A stretch of 64,000 bases of DNA from Gaiellaceae bacterium (GTDB taxonomy: Bacteria; Actinomycetota; Thermoleophilia; Gaiellales; Gaiellaceae), in assembly GCA_035703805.1 (NCBI GenBank), contig DASSXM010000036.1:2580-66579 (forward strand), given 5' to 3'. Positions 55,415-64,000 of this stretch are shown here, piece after piece. The translations under genes were made by a program, and so were the position numbers. Within the stretch, counting starts at the first letter, position 1; the number at the start of each line of letters is the position of its first letter. The notes under the pieces were generated by a model. It was given only the letters and a program-made list of their open reading frames with translations, was not told where the DNA came from and made no database searches.

Positions 55415-55542
55415 CGCGACTGCTGCTGCTTCTGTTCGCGCTCGCGGCGCAGGATCTGGAGAATCCGCTCGGCGTTCGCACGCTGCTCGGCGTCTCTTCG
55501 CCAGAACTCAGCCGTCAGCTTGGTCTTCTTCCTCTTCGCCAT
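55411..55542 (-). CDS. 43-aa highly basic hypothetical peptide
   Basis: My own translation, below the track's size cutoff: MAKRKKTKLTAEFWRRDAEQRANAERILQILRREREQKQQQSR. Third-position bias is genome-like. Its stop TAA (55413-55411) overlaps the purF stop TAG (55412-55414). Confidence 0.4.
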   Translation of the reverse strand: MAKRKKTKLTAEFWRRDAEQRANAERILQILRREREQKQQQSR

Positions 55543-55690
55543 CTTCTCCAAGAATGTAGAGGATCTGGTCGAGTTTCACATGGGCGTATTGAACGGAGCT
55601 GAGAAGCGCGTCGAGAATCTCACACGGTCGCCGAGCTCATCCCACATGAAGCGTGTCGGCCGAGTCAAACTCACGCAAGATGCTCAATTT

Positions 55691-55724
55691 GGACACGGCC
55701 GGGTGTCTGACCCCGGCCGTGTCC
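55691..55724 (-). terminator. perfect 13-bp hairpin GGACACGGCCGGG-N8-CCCGGCCGTGTCC
   Basis: Lies 10 nt downstream of the stop of the minus-strand membrane-protein gene. There is no clear U-tract. Confidence 0.5.
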
Positions 55725-55733
55725 GTACATCAG

Positions 55734-55979
55734 TTACTGCTCGAGGACGCGCGACGCCTTGGCGATGCCGCGCGAGAGGATGTAGAACGCCGTCAGCACC
55801 GTCATGAGGATCGCGAACAAATGGCCGCCGATGCTGTTCGCCGCCCACATGATGATGAGGAAGACGAGGATGAAAACGAAGACGGCCATCTCGGCATTGC
55901 CGGGAACCGGCAGGATCGCGCCGGTGATCGGCGTCCGACCGATGCCGCTGTAGCCACCCTCGGGTGGAGTGGTCGACAT
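55734..55979 (-). CDS. small two-TM membrane protein
   Basis: 81 aa from the internal ATG 55979, preceded by AAAGGAG: MSTTPPEGGYSGIG...MAVFVFILVFLIIMWAANSIGGHLFAILMTVLTAFYIL. Confidence 0.6.
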   Translation of the reverse strand: MSTTPPEGGYSGIGRTPITGAILPVPGNAEMAVFVFILVFLIIMWAANSIGGHLFAILMTVLTAFYILSRGIAKASRVLEQ

Positions 55980-55989
55980 GCTGCTCCTT

Positions 55990-56403
55990 TCAGGCCGCGA
56001 GGGCCGGGACGGTGAGGATCTCCAGCTTGATTCCATCCGGGTCGAAGAAGAACACCGCGTAATACCCCGGCATGTACGTGTATTCCTGCGGCTCGCTCTC
56101 GAGCTCGGTGCCGGTCGAGCGCAGCCAGTCGGCCCGCTCGTCGACGACGGCGCGCGACGGAACCTCGAACGCGAGGTGGTGCAGCCCCGGCGCGTACCGG
56201 TCGACGGTCGCGTCAGTCTGTGCTTCGCGGATGCCGATCGAGGTCTCGCGGCCGCTCAGGTACCAAATCGTCTCGCCGCGCTCGCCTTCCACCTCGCCGA
56301 TGCCGTGCCAGCCGAGTGGTCCGAGCAGCTCGCGGTAGAAGGGCAGGCTGCGCTCGATCGAGGAGACGACGAGGTCGACGTGATGCACGCCGCCGGAACG
56401 CAT
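55990..56403 (-). CDS. VOC (glyoxalase/bleomycin-resistance/dioxygenase) family protein
   Basis: These are the last 137 codons of track ORF 55990-57087: MRSGGVHHVDLVVSSIERSLPFYRELLG...GLHHLAFEV...FFFDPDGIKLEI. Confidence 0.8.
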   Translation of the reverse strand: MRSGGVHHVDLVVSSIERSLPFYRELLGPLGWHGIGEVEGERGETIWYLSGRETSIGIREAQTDATVDRYAPGLHHLAFEVPSRAVVDERADWLRSTGTELESEPQEYTYMPGYYAVFFFDPDGIKLEILTVPALAA

Positions 56404-56430
56404 GAATAGGCCGAGTTCTTCACGTCTAGA

Positions 56431-57054
56431 GTGAGTCCTCCGTTGCACCTCTTCCACTACCACCTCGTGACGAGCCGGGTTCGCGAGGTCGAGGCGCGCT
56501 ACATCGGCAAGCTCGGCTTCGACCTCGTCGCACGCCACGGCCGCATCGGCGAGGACCTCACGTCGTACGAGCCGGGCGTGTCGTGGAGCGAGCTCGACGA
56601 CCTCGGCTTCAAGCTCCGCCTCTCCGAGCTCGAGCGCGGCGCGGTCAACGTCGTCGTGCAGCCGGGGCAGTGGCCGCTGCCGCGCGTCGACCATCTCGGC
56701 TTCGCGCTCGACGAGGACGAGTTCGAACAGGCGCTCGAGCGCGCCGACGCCGGCGGCCTCCGCGTGCAGCAGCACGGCGGCCGGCGCACGTTCGTCTCGA
56801 CGAACGCGGGCTTCCGGCTCGAGCTCCATCCGCCGCGCGACTGGATCGACGCACTGCTCGCCAACGAGGACGAGCTGCAGCTCTCCGAGCTGCACATGAA
56901 AACCGACGATCCGGAGACGAAGGCGCGCGCGCTCTCGACCCTCCTCGACTGCGAGCGCGACGGCGCAGACGTCGAGATCGGCGAGACGCTCGTGCGCTTC
57001 GTGCCGGCCGGCCCGCCCGGGCGGCCGGAGCTCCAGGGAGAATTGTTCGTATGA
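56431..57054 (+). CDS. VOC-like two-domain hypothetical protein
   Basis: 207 aa: LHLFHYHLVTSRVREVEARYIGKLGF...VDHLGFALDE. Its stop overlaps the purM start (ATGA). Confidence 0.55.
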   Translation: MSPPLHLFHYHLVTSRVREVEARYIGKLGFDLVARHGRIGEDLTSYEPGVSWSELDDLGFKLRLSELERGAVNVVVQPGQWPLPRVDHLGFALDEDEFEQALERADAGGLRVQQHGGRRTFVSTNAGFRLELHPPRDWIDALLANEDELQLSELHMKTDDPETKARALSTLLDCERDGADVEIGETLVRFVPAGPPGRPELQGELFV

Positions 57055-57935
57055 CCAGCTACGACACGGCGGGCGTCTCGCTCGCAACCGCGAACGCGGT
57101 CGTCGAGCGGCTGCGGGCGGCGGTCGAGTCGACCGGCGCGACCGGCTTCGGCCACTTCGCCGGCCTCTTCCCGCTCGACGACAAGCGGCTGCTCGCCGCC
57201 TCCACCGACGGCGTCGGCTCGAAGCTGATGCTCCACCGGCGCGCGGGCACGCTGCGCTGGGGCGGGATGGATCTCGCCGCCCACTGCATCGACGACGTCA
57301 TCTGCAGCGGTGCCGAGCCGCTTTTCTTGCTCGACTACGTCGCCGCTGCGCACATCGAGCTCGAGCAGGTCGCGGAGCTCGTCGAGGGTGCCGCCGAGGT
57401 CTGCCGCGCCGCCGGCTGCCTCCTCATCGGCGGGGAGACGGCGGAGCTGCCGGGCGTCTACCAGGACGCGGAGCTCGACTTTGCGGGAACGTGCGTCGGC
57501 ATCGTCGACCGCGGCGACGTCATCGACGGCACGCGCTGCGCGCCGGGAGACGTCATCGTCGGCTTTCCGTCCAGCGGGCTGCACACGAACGGCTTCTCGC
57601 TCGTGCGAACGCTCGGCGAGCTCGACCGCGAGTTTCTCGCGCCGCACACGCTCTATCTCGACGACATGCGCACGCTGCGCGCGCAGGCTGACGTGAAGGC
57701 ACTCGCGCATGTGACCGGCGGCGGAATCCTCGGCAACCTCTTGCGCGTGTTACCGGAAGGAGTGCACGCACACATCGAGTGGGACTCATGGGATCGGCCG
57801 CCGGTGTTCCAATGGATCGCGGAGCGTGGGGTCGCGGAAGAGGAGGCACGACGCGTCTTCAATCTCGGCATCGGCATGTGCGCGGTCGTGCCGGAGGCGC
57901 CGGCCGGCGCGCTCGTGATCGGTGCGCTCGAGTGA
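57051..57935 (+). CDS. purM: phosphoribosylformylglycinamidine cyclo-ligase (AIR synthetase)
   Basis: MTSYDTAGVSLATANAVVERL...STDGVGSKL...DDVICSGAEPLFLLDY...GGETAELPG. Confidence 0.92.
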   Translation: MTSYDTAGVSLATANAVVERLRAAVESTGATGFGHFAGLFPLDDKRLLAASTDGVGSKLMLHRRAGTLRWGGMDLAAHCIDDVICSGAEPLFLLDYVAAAHIELEQVAELVEGAAEVCRAAGCLLIGGETAELPGVYQDAELDFAGTCVGIVDRGDVIDGTRCAPGDVIVGFPSSGLHTNGFSLVRTLGELDREFLAPHTLYLDDMRTLRAQADVKALAHVTGGGILGNLLRVLPEGVHAHIEWDSWDRPPVFQWIAERGVAEEEARRVFNLGIGMCAVVPEAPAGALVIGALE

Positions 57936-58474
57936 TCGGCGTGCTCGTCAGCGGCGAGGGGACGAACCTGCAGGCGCTGATCGACGCAGGTCTGCCGATC
58001 GCGTGCGTCGCCTCGAATAAGCCGGGCGTACCGGCGCTCGAGCGCGCAGGGCGCGCAGCGATCGAGACGGCTGTCTTCGACGCAGCCGACTACGAAAGCC
58101 GCGAAGCCCGCGACGCCGCGCTTGCGGATTGGCTGCACGCACACGACGTCGACCTCGTGGTCTGTGCGGGATACATGCACCTCTTCCGCAAGCCGTTCTT
58201 CGACGTGTACCAGGGACGCATCGTCAATACGCACTCCGCCCCGCTCCCCGAGTTTCCCGGCGCGCATCCGATCGAGGACGTGCTCGCCGCCGGCGTCGCC
58301 GAGACGGCCGCGACCGTCCACTACGTCGACGAAGGGATAGACACCGGGCCGGTGATCGCCGTGGAAAAGGTGCCGGTCGAGCCCGGCGACACCGTTCAGT
58401 CGCTGCGCGCCCGCGTCCAAGCGGCGGAGCACCGCCTGCTGCCGAAGGTCGTGAGGGAACTGTGCGCGCGCTGA
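57932..58474 (+). CDS. purN: phosphoribosylglycinamide formyltransferase
   Basis: Starts at a GTGA overlap: VIGVLVSGEGTNLQALID...IVNTHSAPLPEFPGAHP. Confidence 0.92.
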   Translation: MIGVLVSGEGTNLQALIDAGLPIACVASNKPGVPALERAGRAAIETAVFDAADYESREARDAALADWLHAHDVDLVVCAGYMHLFRKPFFDVYQGRIVNTHSAPLPEFPGAHPIEDVLAAGVAETAATVHYVDEGIDTGPVIAVEKVPVEPGDTVQSLRARVQAAEHRLLPKVVRELCAR

Positions 58475-59994
58475 TCTCGACGTACGACAAGACGGGCCTC
58501 GACGTGTTCGCGCGCGGGCTCGCCGACCTCGGGTGGCAGCTCGTGGCAAGCGGAGGGACGGCGGCGTACCTCGAGGAGCTCGGCCTCGAAGTCGAGCGCG
58601 TCGACGCGCTCACCGAGTCGCCCGAGATGCTCGGCGGCCGCGTGAAGACGCTGCACCCACGGATCCACGCGGCGATCCTCGCGCGCCGCGACCGCGACGA
58701 CGACACAGCAACGCTCGAGGAGCACGACATCGAGCCGTTCGATCTCGTGTGCGTCAACCTCTATCCCTTCGAGCAGGCGGTCGCGAGGCCAGGCGTGACC
58801 GAAGCAGAGGCGGTCGAGATGATCGACGTCGGCGGGCCGTCGATGCTGCGCGGCGCGGCGAAGAACTTCGCGCACGTCATCGCGCTCTGCCGACCCGACC
58901 GCTACGGCTTCGTCCTCGACGAGCTGCGCGCGAACGGAGAGCTCTCGCTCGAGACACGACGTGAGCTCGCCGCCGAAGCGTTCGCCACGACAGCGGCGTA
59001 CGACGCCGCGATCGCGGCGTGGTTCACCGAGCTCGAGCCGTTCCCAGAGACCCTCGTCCTGCCGCTCGAGAAGGTGCTCGACCTCTCGTACGGCGAGAAC
59101 CCGCACCAGCGCGCCGCGTATTACGCCGAGCGGGGTGGACGCTCGCACCTGCTTGCTCGGGTCGGCCAGGTGCACGGGAAGGCGCTCTCCTTCAACAACC
59201 TCAACGATCTCTCCGCCGCCCGCCTGCTCGCGCGCGAGTTCGCCGTGCCGGCATGCGTGATCGTCAAGCACGCCAATCCGTGCGGCGTCGCACTCGGCGC
59301 GAGCGTGGAAGAGGCGTACGACAAGGCGCTCGCATCCGATCCGACCTCGGCGTACGGCGGCATCATCGTCCTCAACCGCGAGGTCGAAGCGTCGCTCGGA
59401 GCCAAGCTCGCGGAGCAGTTCGTCGAGGTCCTCTTCGCGCGGGGCTACACCGACGACGCGCTCGCCGCGCTTCGGAAGCGCCAGAACACGCGTATCCTCG
59501 TCGACGCCGAGCGCCGCCGCGCCGACGTCGTCGAACGCCACTACAAGCGCGTGATCGGCGGGATGCTCGTCCAGGACGCCGATTCGGAGATCGAAGAGCG
59601 CGACGGCTGGCAGGTCGTCTGCGGCGCACCGGACGAACGGCAATGGGGCGACCTCGTGTTCGCGTGGCGCGTCTGCAAGCACGTGGCGTCGAACGCCATC
59701 GTGCTCGTGAAGGATCTCGCGACGATCGGGATCGGTGCAGGCCAGATGAGCCGCGTCGACGCGGTGCGCATCGCCGTCGAGAAGGCGCACACGTTCAGCC
59801 ACGACGTCTCGGGAGCAGCGCTCGCATCCGACGCGTTCTTCCCCTTCCCAGACGGGCCGCGCATCGCGCTCGACGCCGGCGCCACATCAATCGTGCAACC
59901 CGGCGGCTCGAAGCGCGACCAGGATGTCATCGATGCGGTCGCCGCAAGCGGCGCCGCGATGGTATTCACGGGCAAGCGCCACTTCAGGCACTGA
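58462..59994 (+). CDS. purH: bifunctional AICAR transformylase / IMP cyclohydrolase
   Basis: Starts at GTG 58462: VRALISTYDKTGLDVFARGL...GGRVKTLHPRIHA...VNLYPF... and ends ...TGKRHFRH. Confidence 0.93.
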   Translation: MRALISTYDKTGLDVFARGLADLGWQLVASGGTAAYLEELGLEVERVDALTESPEMLGGRVKTLHPRIHAAILARRDRDDDTATLEEHDIEPFDLVCVNLYPFEQAVARPGVTEAEAVEMIDVGGPSMLRGAAKNFAHVIALCRPDRYGFVLDELRANGELSLETRRELAAEAFATTAAYDAAIAAWFTELEPFPETLVLPLEKVLDLSYGENPHQRAAYYAERGGRSHLLARVGQVHGKALSFNNLNDLSAARLLAREFAVPACVIVKHANPCGVALGASVEEAYDKALASDPTSAYGGIIVLNREVEASLGAKLAEQFVEVLFARGYTDDALAALRKRQNTRILVDAERRRADVVERHYKRVIGGMLVQDADSEIEERDGWQVVCGAPDERQWGDLVFAWRVCKHVASNAIVLVKDLATIGIGAGQMSRVDAVRIAVEKAHTFSHDVSGAALASDAFFPFPDGPRIALDAGATSIVQPGGSKRDQDVIDAVAASGAAMVFTGKRHFRH

Positions 59995-61205
59995 TGCCCG
60001 CTCCACATTTCCGGCTCGTCGCGCGCGCCGACCAGCGTGCATTCCTCGCGCTGCCGTGGGACCTCCCGCTCGAGGAGTGGCCGGCCGAGCTTCTCGTCGA
60101 AGCGGACCGCGGCATCGGCCGCCACGTGGTGCGCTTCGTCGACGCCGACGGCACGCTCTACGCGCTCAAGGAGCTCCCGCCGCGCATCGCCGAGCGCGAG
60201 TACACGCTGCTGACCGAGCTCGAGGAAGCGGCCGTTCCGATCGTCGCCGCCGCCGGAATCGTCTCCGACCGCACCGCCGCCGACGGAGAGGAGCTCGAGG
60301 CGGTGCTGATCACGCGCTACCTCGAGTACTCGCTCCCCTACCGCCTGCTGCTCGGGCGGCGCACGCTGCCCGCGTCGGAGACGTCGATGCGCGCCGCACT
60401 CGCCGAGCTGCTCGTTCGGCTGCACGTCGCCGGCTTCTTCTGGGGCGACTGCTCACTCTCGAACGCGCTCTTCCGCCGGGACGCGGGCGCGCTCGCCGCG
60501 TACGCCGTCGACGCGGAGACCGGCGAGCTTCATGACCGCCTCTCCGACGGACAGCGCATGCACGATCTCGAGATCGCCGAGGAGAACCTCGCCGGCGAGC
60601 TGCACGACCTCGCCGCGGAGCTCGAGCGCGAGGTCGTCGCCGATCCCTGGGAGTTCGCGGCCGACGTGCGCTCGCGCTACGAGCAACTGTGGTCGGAGCT
60701 GACGCACGACGAGGTGTTCGCACCGGGCGACAGCAAACGTCTCGAAGAGCGTCTGCGCCGACTGAACGAGCTCGGCTTCGACGTCGAGGAGGTCGAGCTC
60801 GTCCGCACGGGAGACGAGGTGCGCCTACGCCTGCACTCGAAGGTCGTCGAGCCGGGCCATCATCGTCGCCGCCTGCAGCGCCTCACCGGTCTCGATGCGC
60901 AGGAAAATCAAGCGCGTCGCCTGCTCAACGACTTCACGCGCTTCAAGGCAGGACTGGCGAACGTTTCCGACGCTGCGGCGGCCGGCCGGTGGCTCAGTGA
61001 GGTCTTCGAGCCGACGATCGCCGCCGTGCCGCGCGAGCTGCTGGCCAAGCGGGCGCCGGCGGAGATCTTCCACGAGATCCTCGAGCACCGCTGGTTCCTC
61101 TCCGAGCAGGCCGGACGCGACGTCGGAATGGAGCAAGCAACGAAGTCGTATATCGATCAGGTGCTTTCGCAAGCGGCCGACGAACGGTTACCGTTAGGGC
61201 AATGA
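59994..61205 (+). CDS. DUF4032-type protein with an N-terminal lipopolysaccharide-kinase-like domain (family name from memory)
   Basis: ATG 59994 shares its A with the purH stop. YALKELPPRIAEREY...LHVAGFFWGDCSLSNALFRRDAGALAAYAVDAETGE...HRWFLSEQAGRDVG. Confidence 0.6.
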   Translation: MPAPHFRLVARADQRAFLALPWDLPLEEWPAELLVEADRGIGRHVVRFVDADGTLYALKELPPRIAEREYTLLTELEEAAVPIVAAAGIVSDRTAADGEELEAVLITRYLEYSLPYRLLLGRRTLPASETSMRAALAELLVRLHVAGFFWGDCSLSNALFRRDAGALAAYAVDAETGELHDRLSDGQRMHDLEIAEENLAGELHDLAAELEREVVADPWEFAADVRSRYEQLWSELTHDEVFAPGDSKRLEERLRRLNELGFDVEEVELVRTGDEVRLRLHSKVVEPGHHRRRLQRLTGLDAQENQARRLLNDFTRFKAGLANVSDAAAAGRWLSEVFEPTIAAVPRELLAKRAPAEIFHEILEHRWFLSEQAGRDVGMEQATKSYIDQVLSQAADERLPLGQ

Positions 61206-62629
61206 CGGCCGACCCGCGGAGATGGCAGGCGCTCGCGATCGTCTGCGTCGCGTTCTTCATGACGGTGCTCGACGTCTCGATCGTCAACGTCGCGTTGCCG
61301 TCGATCGCGCGCCATCTGCACTTCTCCGCAACAGGTCTGCAGTGGGTCATCACCGCGTACGCGATCACCTTCGGCGGCTTCCTACTGCTCGGCGGCCGCG
61401 CGGGCGACATCCTCGGCCGCAAGCGGATGTTCCTCGTCGGCGTCGTCCTCTTCTCAGCCGCATCGCTCGTGTGCGGCCTCTCGTCGTCCGCCGGCGTTCT
61501 CGTCGCAGCGCGTGCGGTGCAGGGCCTCGGCGCTGCGGTCGTCTCGCCGGCGACGCTGTCGATCATCACGACGACGTTCGAGGAGGGAGCCGAGCGGAAC
61601 AAGGCGCTCGGCATCTGGGGCGCGATGGGCGGGAGCGGCGCGGCAGCCGGTGTGCTCTTCGGCGGCATCCTCACGAAGTACCTCGGCTGGGAGTGGATCT
61701 TCTTCGTCAACGTTCCCGTCGGCGCACTCGTGCTCGCGCTCACACCTCGGATCGTGCGCGAGAGCAAGGCGCCGGGCGAACGTCAGGGCTTCGATGTCGT
61801 CGGTGCGAGCACCGTGACGGGCGGCATCGCGCTGCTCGTCTACGCGATCTCGAAGGCGCCGGTGGACGGCTGGGGCTCGACGAGGACCGTCTTGCTCCTC
61901 ATCGGCGCCGCTGTCGTGCTCGCGTTCTTCCTTGTCTGGGAGACGCGCGTGCCGAGGCCGATCATGCCGCTCTCGATTTTCCGCATCCGCACGCTCGCCG
62001 GCGCGAACATCGTCGGCCTGCTCCTCGGTGCGTCGATCTTCGCCGACTTCTTCCTGCTGACGCTGTACGTGCAGAACGTTCTGCACTACTCGGCACTGAA
62101 GACCGGCATCACGTTCCTCGCGACGGCGGGCACGACCGTCGTCGTCGCCGCGCTCTCGCAATGGCTCACGACGCAGATCGGGCCGCGGCCGGTGATGGCT
62201 GCGGGGCTAGCCCTGAACACGGGCGGCCTCATCTGGTACGCGCAGATCCCCGTGCACGGCAAGTTCGCGCACGACCTGTTGGGCGGCTATCTGCTGTTCG
62301 GCTTCGGTCTCGCGCTCGCGTTCATCCCCGTCTCGATCGCCGCGCTCGCAGGGGTCGGTCCGCGCGATGCGGGCCTCGCCTCGGGCCTGCTGAACACGTC
62401 GCAGCAGGTCGGCGGCGCCATCGGCGTCGCGATCGCCTCGAGCGTCGCCGTGTCACATGCGAACCATCTGTTGAGCATCGGCCGCTCTCCGGCCGCCGCG
62501 CTCACGGGCGGCTACGCGCTCGCGTTCTGGGTCGTCGCGGGCATCTCCGCCGCCGGCATCGTCGCGGCACTCGCGCTCATTCGCGAGGCGAAAGCTCCCG
62601 CGCCGGATGCCGCGGTCGCGCTGGACTGA
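61202..62629 (+). CDS. MFS transporter (14-TM DHA2/EmrB-like)
   Basis: 475 aa starting at an ATGA overlap: FFMTVLDVSIVNVALPSI...GGRAGDILGRKRMF. Confidence 0.88.
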   Translation: MTADPRRWQALAIVCVAFFMTVLDVSIVNVALPSIARHLHFSATGLQWVITAYAITFGGFLLLGGRAGDILGRKRMFLVGVVLFSAASLVCGLSSSAGVLVAARAVQGLGAAVVSPATLSIITTTFEEGAERNKALGIWGAMGGSGAAAGVLFGGILTKYLGWEWIFFVNVPVGALVLALTPRIVRESKAPGERQGFDVVGASTVTGGIALLVYAISKAPVDGWGSTRTVLLLIGAAVVLAFFLVWETRVPRPIMPLSIFRIRTLAGANIVGLLLGASIFADFFLLTLYVQNVLHYSALKTGITFLATAGTTVVVAALSQWLTTQIGPRPVMAAGLALNTGGLIWYAQIPVHGKFAHDLLGGYLLFGFGLALAFIPVSIAALAGVGPRDAGLASGLLNTSQQVGGAIGVAIASSVAVSHANHLLSIGRSPAAALTGGYALAFWVVAGISAAGIVAALALIREAKAPAPDAAVALD

Positions 62630-62631
62630 CA

Positions 62632-64000
62632 ATGTCGAGCGAGTACCCCACGATCCTCGAGCTCGTCGGAGCGACGCCGATCGTTCGCCTCGACAAGCTC
62701 TCGCCGCGCGGCGGCGCGCAGATCCTCGCGAAGCTCGAGTACCTAAATCCCGGCGGCTCGGTGAAGGACCGCATCGGCCTACCGATGATCGAGGCCGCCG
62801 AGCGCGAAGGGAAGCTGAAGCCCGGCGGCACGATCGTCGAGCCGACCTCCGGCAACACCGGGGTCGGGCTCGCGATCGCCGCCGCGATCAAGGGCTACCG
62901 CTGCATCTTCGTCATGCCCGACAAGATGAGCCAGGAGAAGATCGCGCTGCTGCGCGCATACGGCGCCGAGGTCGTGATCACGCCGACCGCGGTTGAGCAC
63001 GATTCGCCGGAGAGCTACTACTCCGTCTCCGACCGGCTCGCGGAAGAGATTCCCGGCGGCTTCAAGCCGGACCAGTACTCGAACATGAACAACCCCGAGG
63101 CCCACTACGAAACCACGGGGCCGGAGATTTTCGCGCAGACGGACGGCGGCGACATCGACGCGCTTATCGTCTCGGTCGGCACCGGCGGCACGATCAGCGG
63201 TGTCGGCCGCTACTTCAAGGAGCACAAGCCGGACGTGCTCATCGTCGGCGCCGACCCCGAAGGATCGGTGTACACGGCGACGCGCGACGCGGACGTCCAT
63301 CCGTACCTCGTCGAAGGCATCGGCAAGGACACATGGCCGAAGACGATGGACCCGAAGGTCGTCGACGAGTGGATCCGCGTGACCGACCGCGAGTCGTTCC
63401 GCTGGACGAGACGCCTTGCGCGCGAAGAGGGAATCCTCGCGGGCGGATCAGCCGGCACGACGCTGTACGCGGCCGACCTCGTCGCGCGCAGGCTCGGTGC
63501 GGGCAAGCGCGTGCTCATGATCGTCCCCGACTCCGGGCGCAACTACCTGTCGAAGCTGTACGACGACAACTGGATGCTCGAGCACGGCTTCCTCGAGAGG
63601 CAGGCGCCGTTGCCGACGGTCGAGGAGGTGCTGATCGCGAAGCACGAGGGCGAGCTGCCCGACCTCGTCACGATCTCCTCGCATCAGAAGGTCGGCGAGG
63701 GAATCGACACGATGCAGCGCTACGGAATCTCGCAGCTGCCCGTCGTCCGCGACGGTGCGTGCGATTCGCTCGCCGACGTCATCGGCTCGCTACAGGACCG
63801 CGCGCTGCTCGAGCGCGTGTTCGTCCATCCGGATGTGCTGCACGAGGACGTCGCAACGGCGATGCAGCCTCCGCTCGCCGCCGTCGAGACGAGCGCGACG
63901 CTGGATGAGGTGTTTGCAACGCTCACGGGCGGCATGAACGCCGTCGTCGTCGCCAAGGACGGCAAGCCGATCGGCGTCCTGACGCGGTCGGACTTGCTCG
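62632..64000 (+). CDS. cystathionine beta-synthase (PLP domain + CBS pair), 3' end beyond the window
   Basis: My own translation; it is not in the track because it runs off the window. MSSEYPTILELVGATPIVRLDKL...LEYLNPGGSVKDRIG...EPTSGNTGVGLA. From about 63600 onward there are CBS-domain-like repeats (GISQLPVV...). Confidence 0.88.
   Translation, partial: MSSEYPTILELVGATPIVRLDKLSPRGGAQILAKLEYLNPGGSVKDRIGLPMIEAAEREGKLKPGGTIVEPTSGNTGVGLAIAAAIKGYRCIFVMPDKMSQEKIALLRAYGAEVVITPTAVEHDSPESYYSVSDRLAEEIPGGFKPDQYSNMNNPEAHYETTGPEIFAQTDGGDIDALIVSVGTGGTISGVGRYFKEHKPDVLIVGADPEGSVYTATRDADVHPYLVEGIGKDTWPKTMDPKVVDEWIRVTDRESFRWTRRLAREEGILAGGSAGTTLYAADLVARRLGAGKRVLMIVPDSGRNYLSKLYDDNWMLEHGFLERQAPLPTVEEVLIAKHEGELPDLVTISSHQKVGEGIDTMQRYGISQLPVVRDGACDSLADVIGSLQDRALLERVFVHPDVLHEDVATAMQPPLAAVETSATLDEVFATLTGGMNAVVVAKDGKPIGVLTRSDLL

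Noticed and set aside
55520-55807. Plus-strand ORF 55520-55807 (95 aa) across the low-G+C patch and hairpin.
   Set aside because: It reads through the 13-bp hairpin and into the antisense of the membrane-protein gene. It has no motif and poor codon bias.

Overview
This is a 64-kb, very G+C-rich, gene-dense chromosomal window that looks actinobacterial. Supporting signs are a TCGAAC-N4-GTTCG SOS box at lexA, an rpsF-ssb-rpsR-rplI-dnaB block, many GTG starts, pervasive 4-nt stop/start overlaps and several apparently leaderless genes. Content from left to right: (1) a catabolic cluster with aldehyde DH (partial), amidase, two divergent 2-hydroxyacid DHs, GntR, a DUF3830-like protein and RidA; (2) two divergent DHFR-like paralogs; (3) an unassigned structured non-coding stretch; (4) RNase P RNA; (5) lexA with a translationally coupled zinc-ribbon ORF; (6) tRNA-Leu(GAG) and secG; (7) a stand-alone receiver protein; (8) a glycosyltransferase plus a secreted phosphoesterase; (9) an ABC/ABC-2 transporter; (10) a split-type methylmalonyl-CoA mutase large subunit; (11) an MsbA-like exporter; (12) a MoaD-MoaE fusion / S2P protease / LOG / PAS operon; (13) selA-selB; (14) a hyuA-orfX-hyuB-NMO-nitrilase operon; (15) tRNA-Sec followed by a lower-G+C VapB45/VapC45-like toxin-antitoxin islet; (16) the ribosomal-protein/ssb/dnaB block; (17) a cupredoxin; (18) an almost complete de novo purine supercluster (purA, D, E, B, C, S, Q, L, F, M, N, H) broken by three insertions; (19) DUF4032, MFS and a partial cystathionine beta-synthase. 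I saw no CRISPR array, transposase, integrase or rRNA. The most interesting unexplained signals are: a 163-bp MITE-like palindromic element in front of selA; the ~0.4-kb structured region beside rnpB; an uncharacterised ORF translationally wedged between hyuA and hyuB; the MoaX-like fusion coupled to a membrane metalloprotease; a REP-like palindrome present twice; back-to-back divergent start codons with TANNNT boxes; and a low-G+C patch with a TGA-interrupted small ORF after purF. I do not see one compelling novel multi-gene system, and these are leads only. All calls come from reading the sequence and ORF translations and from remembered family motifs. No searches or computations were run. 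Many long alternative-frame ORFs in the track are G+C artefacts and were ignored.
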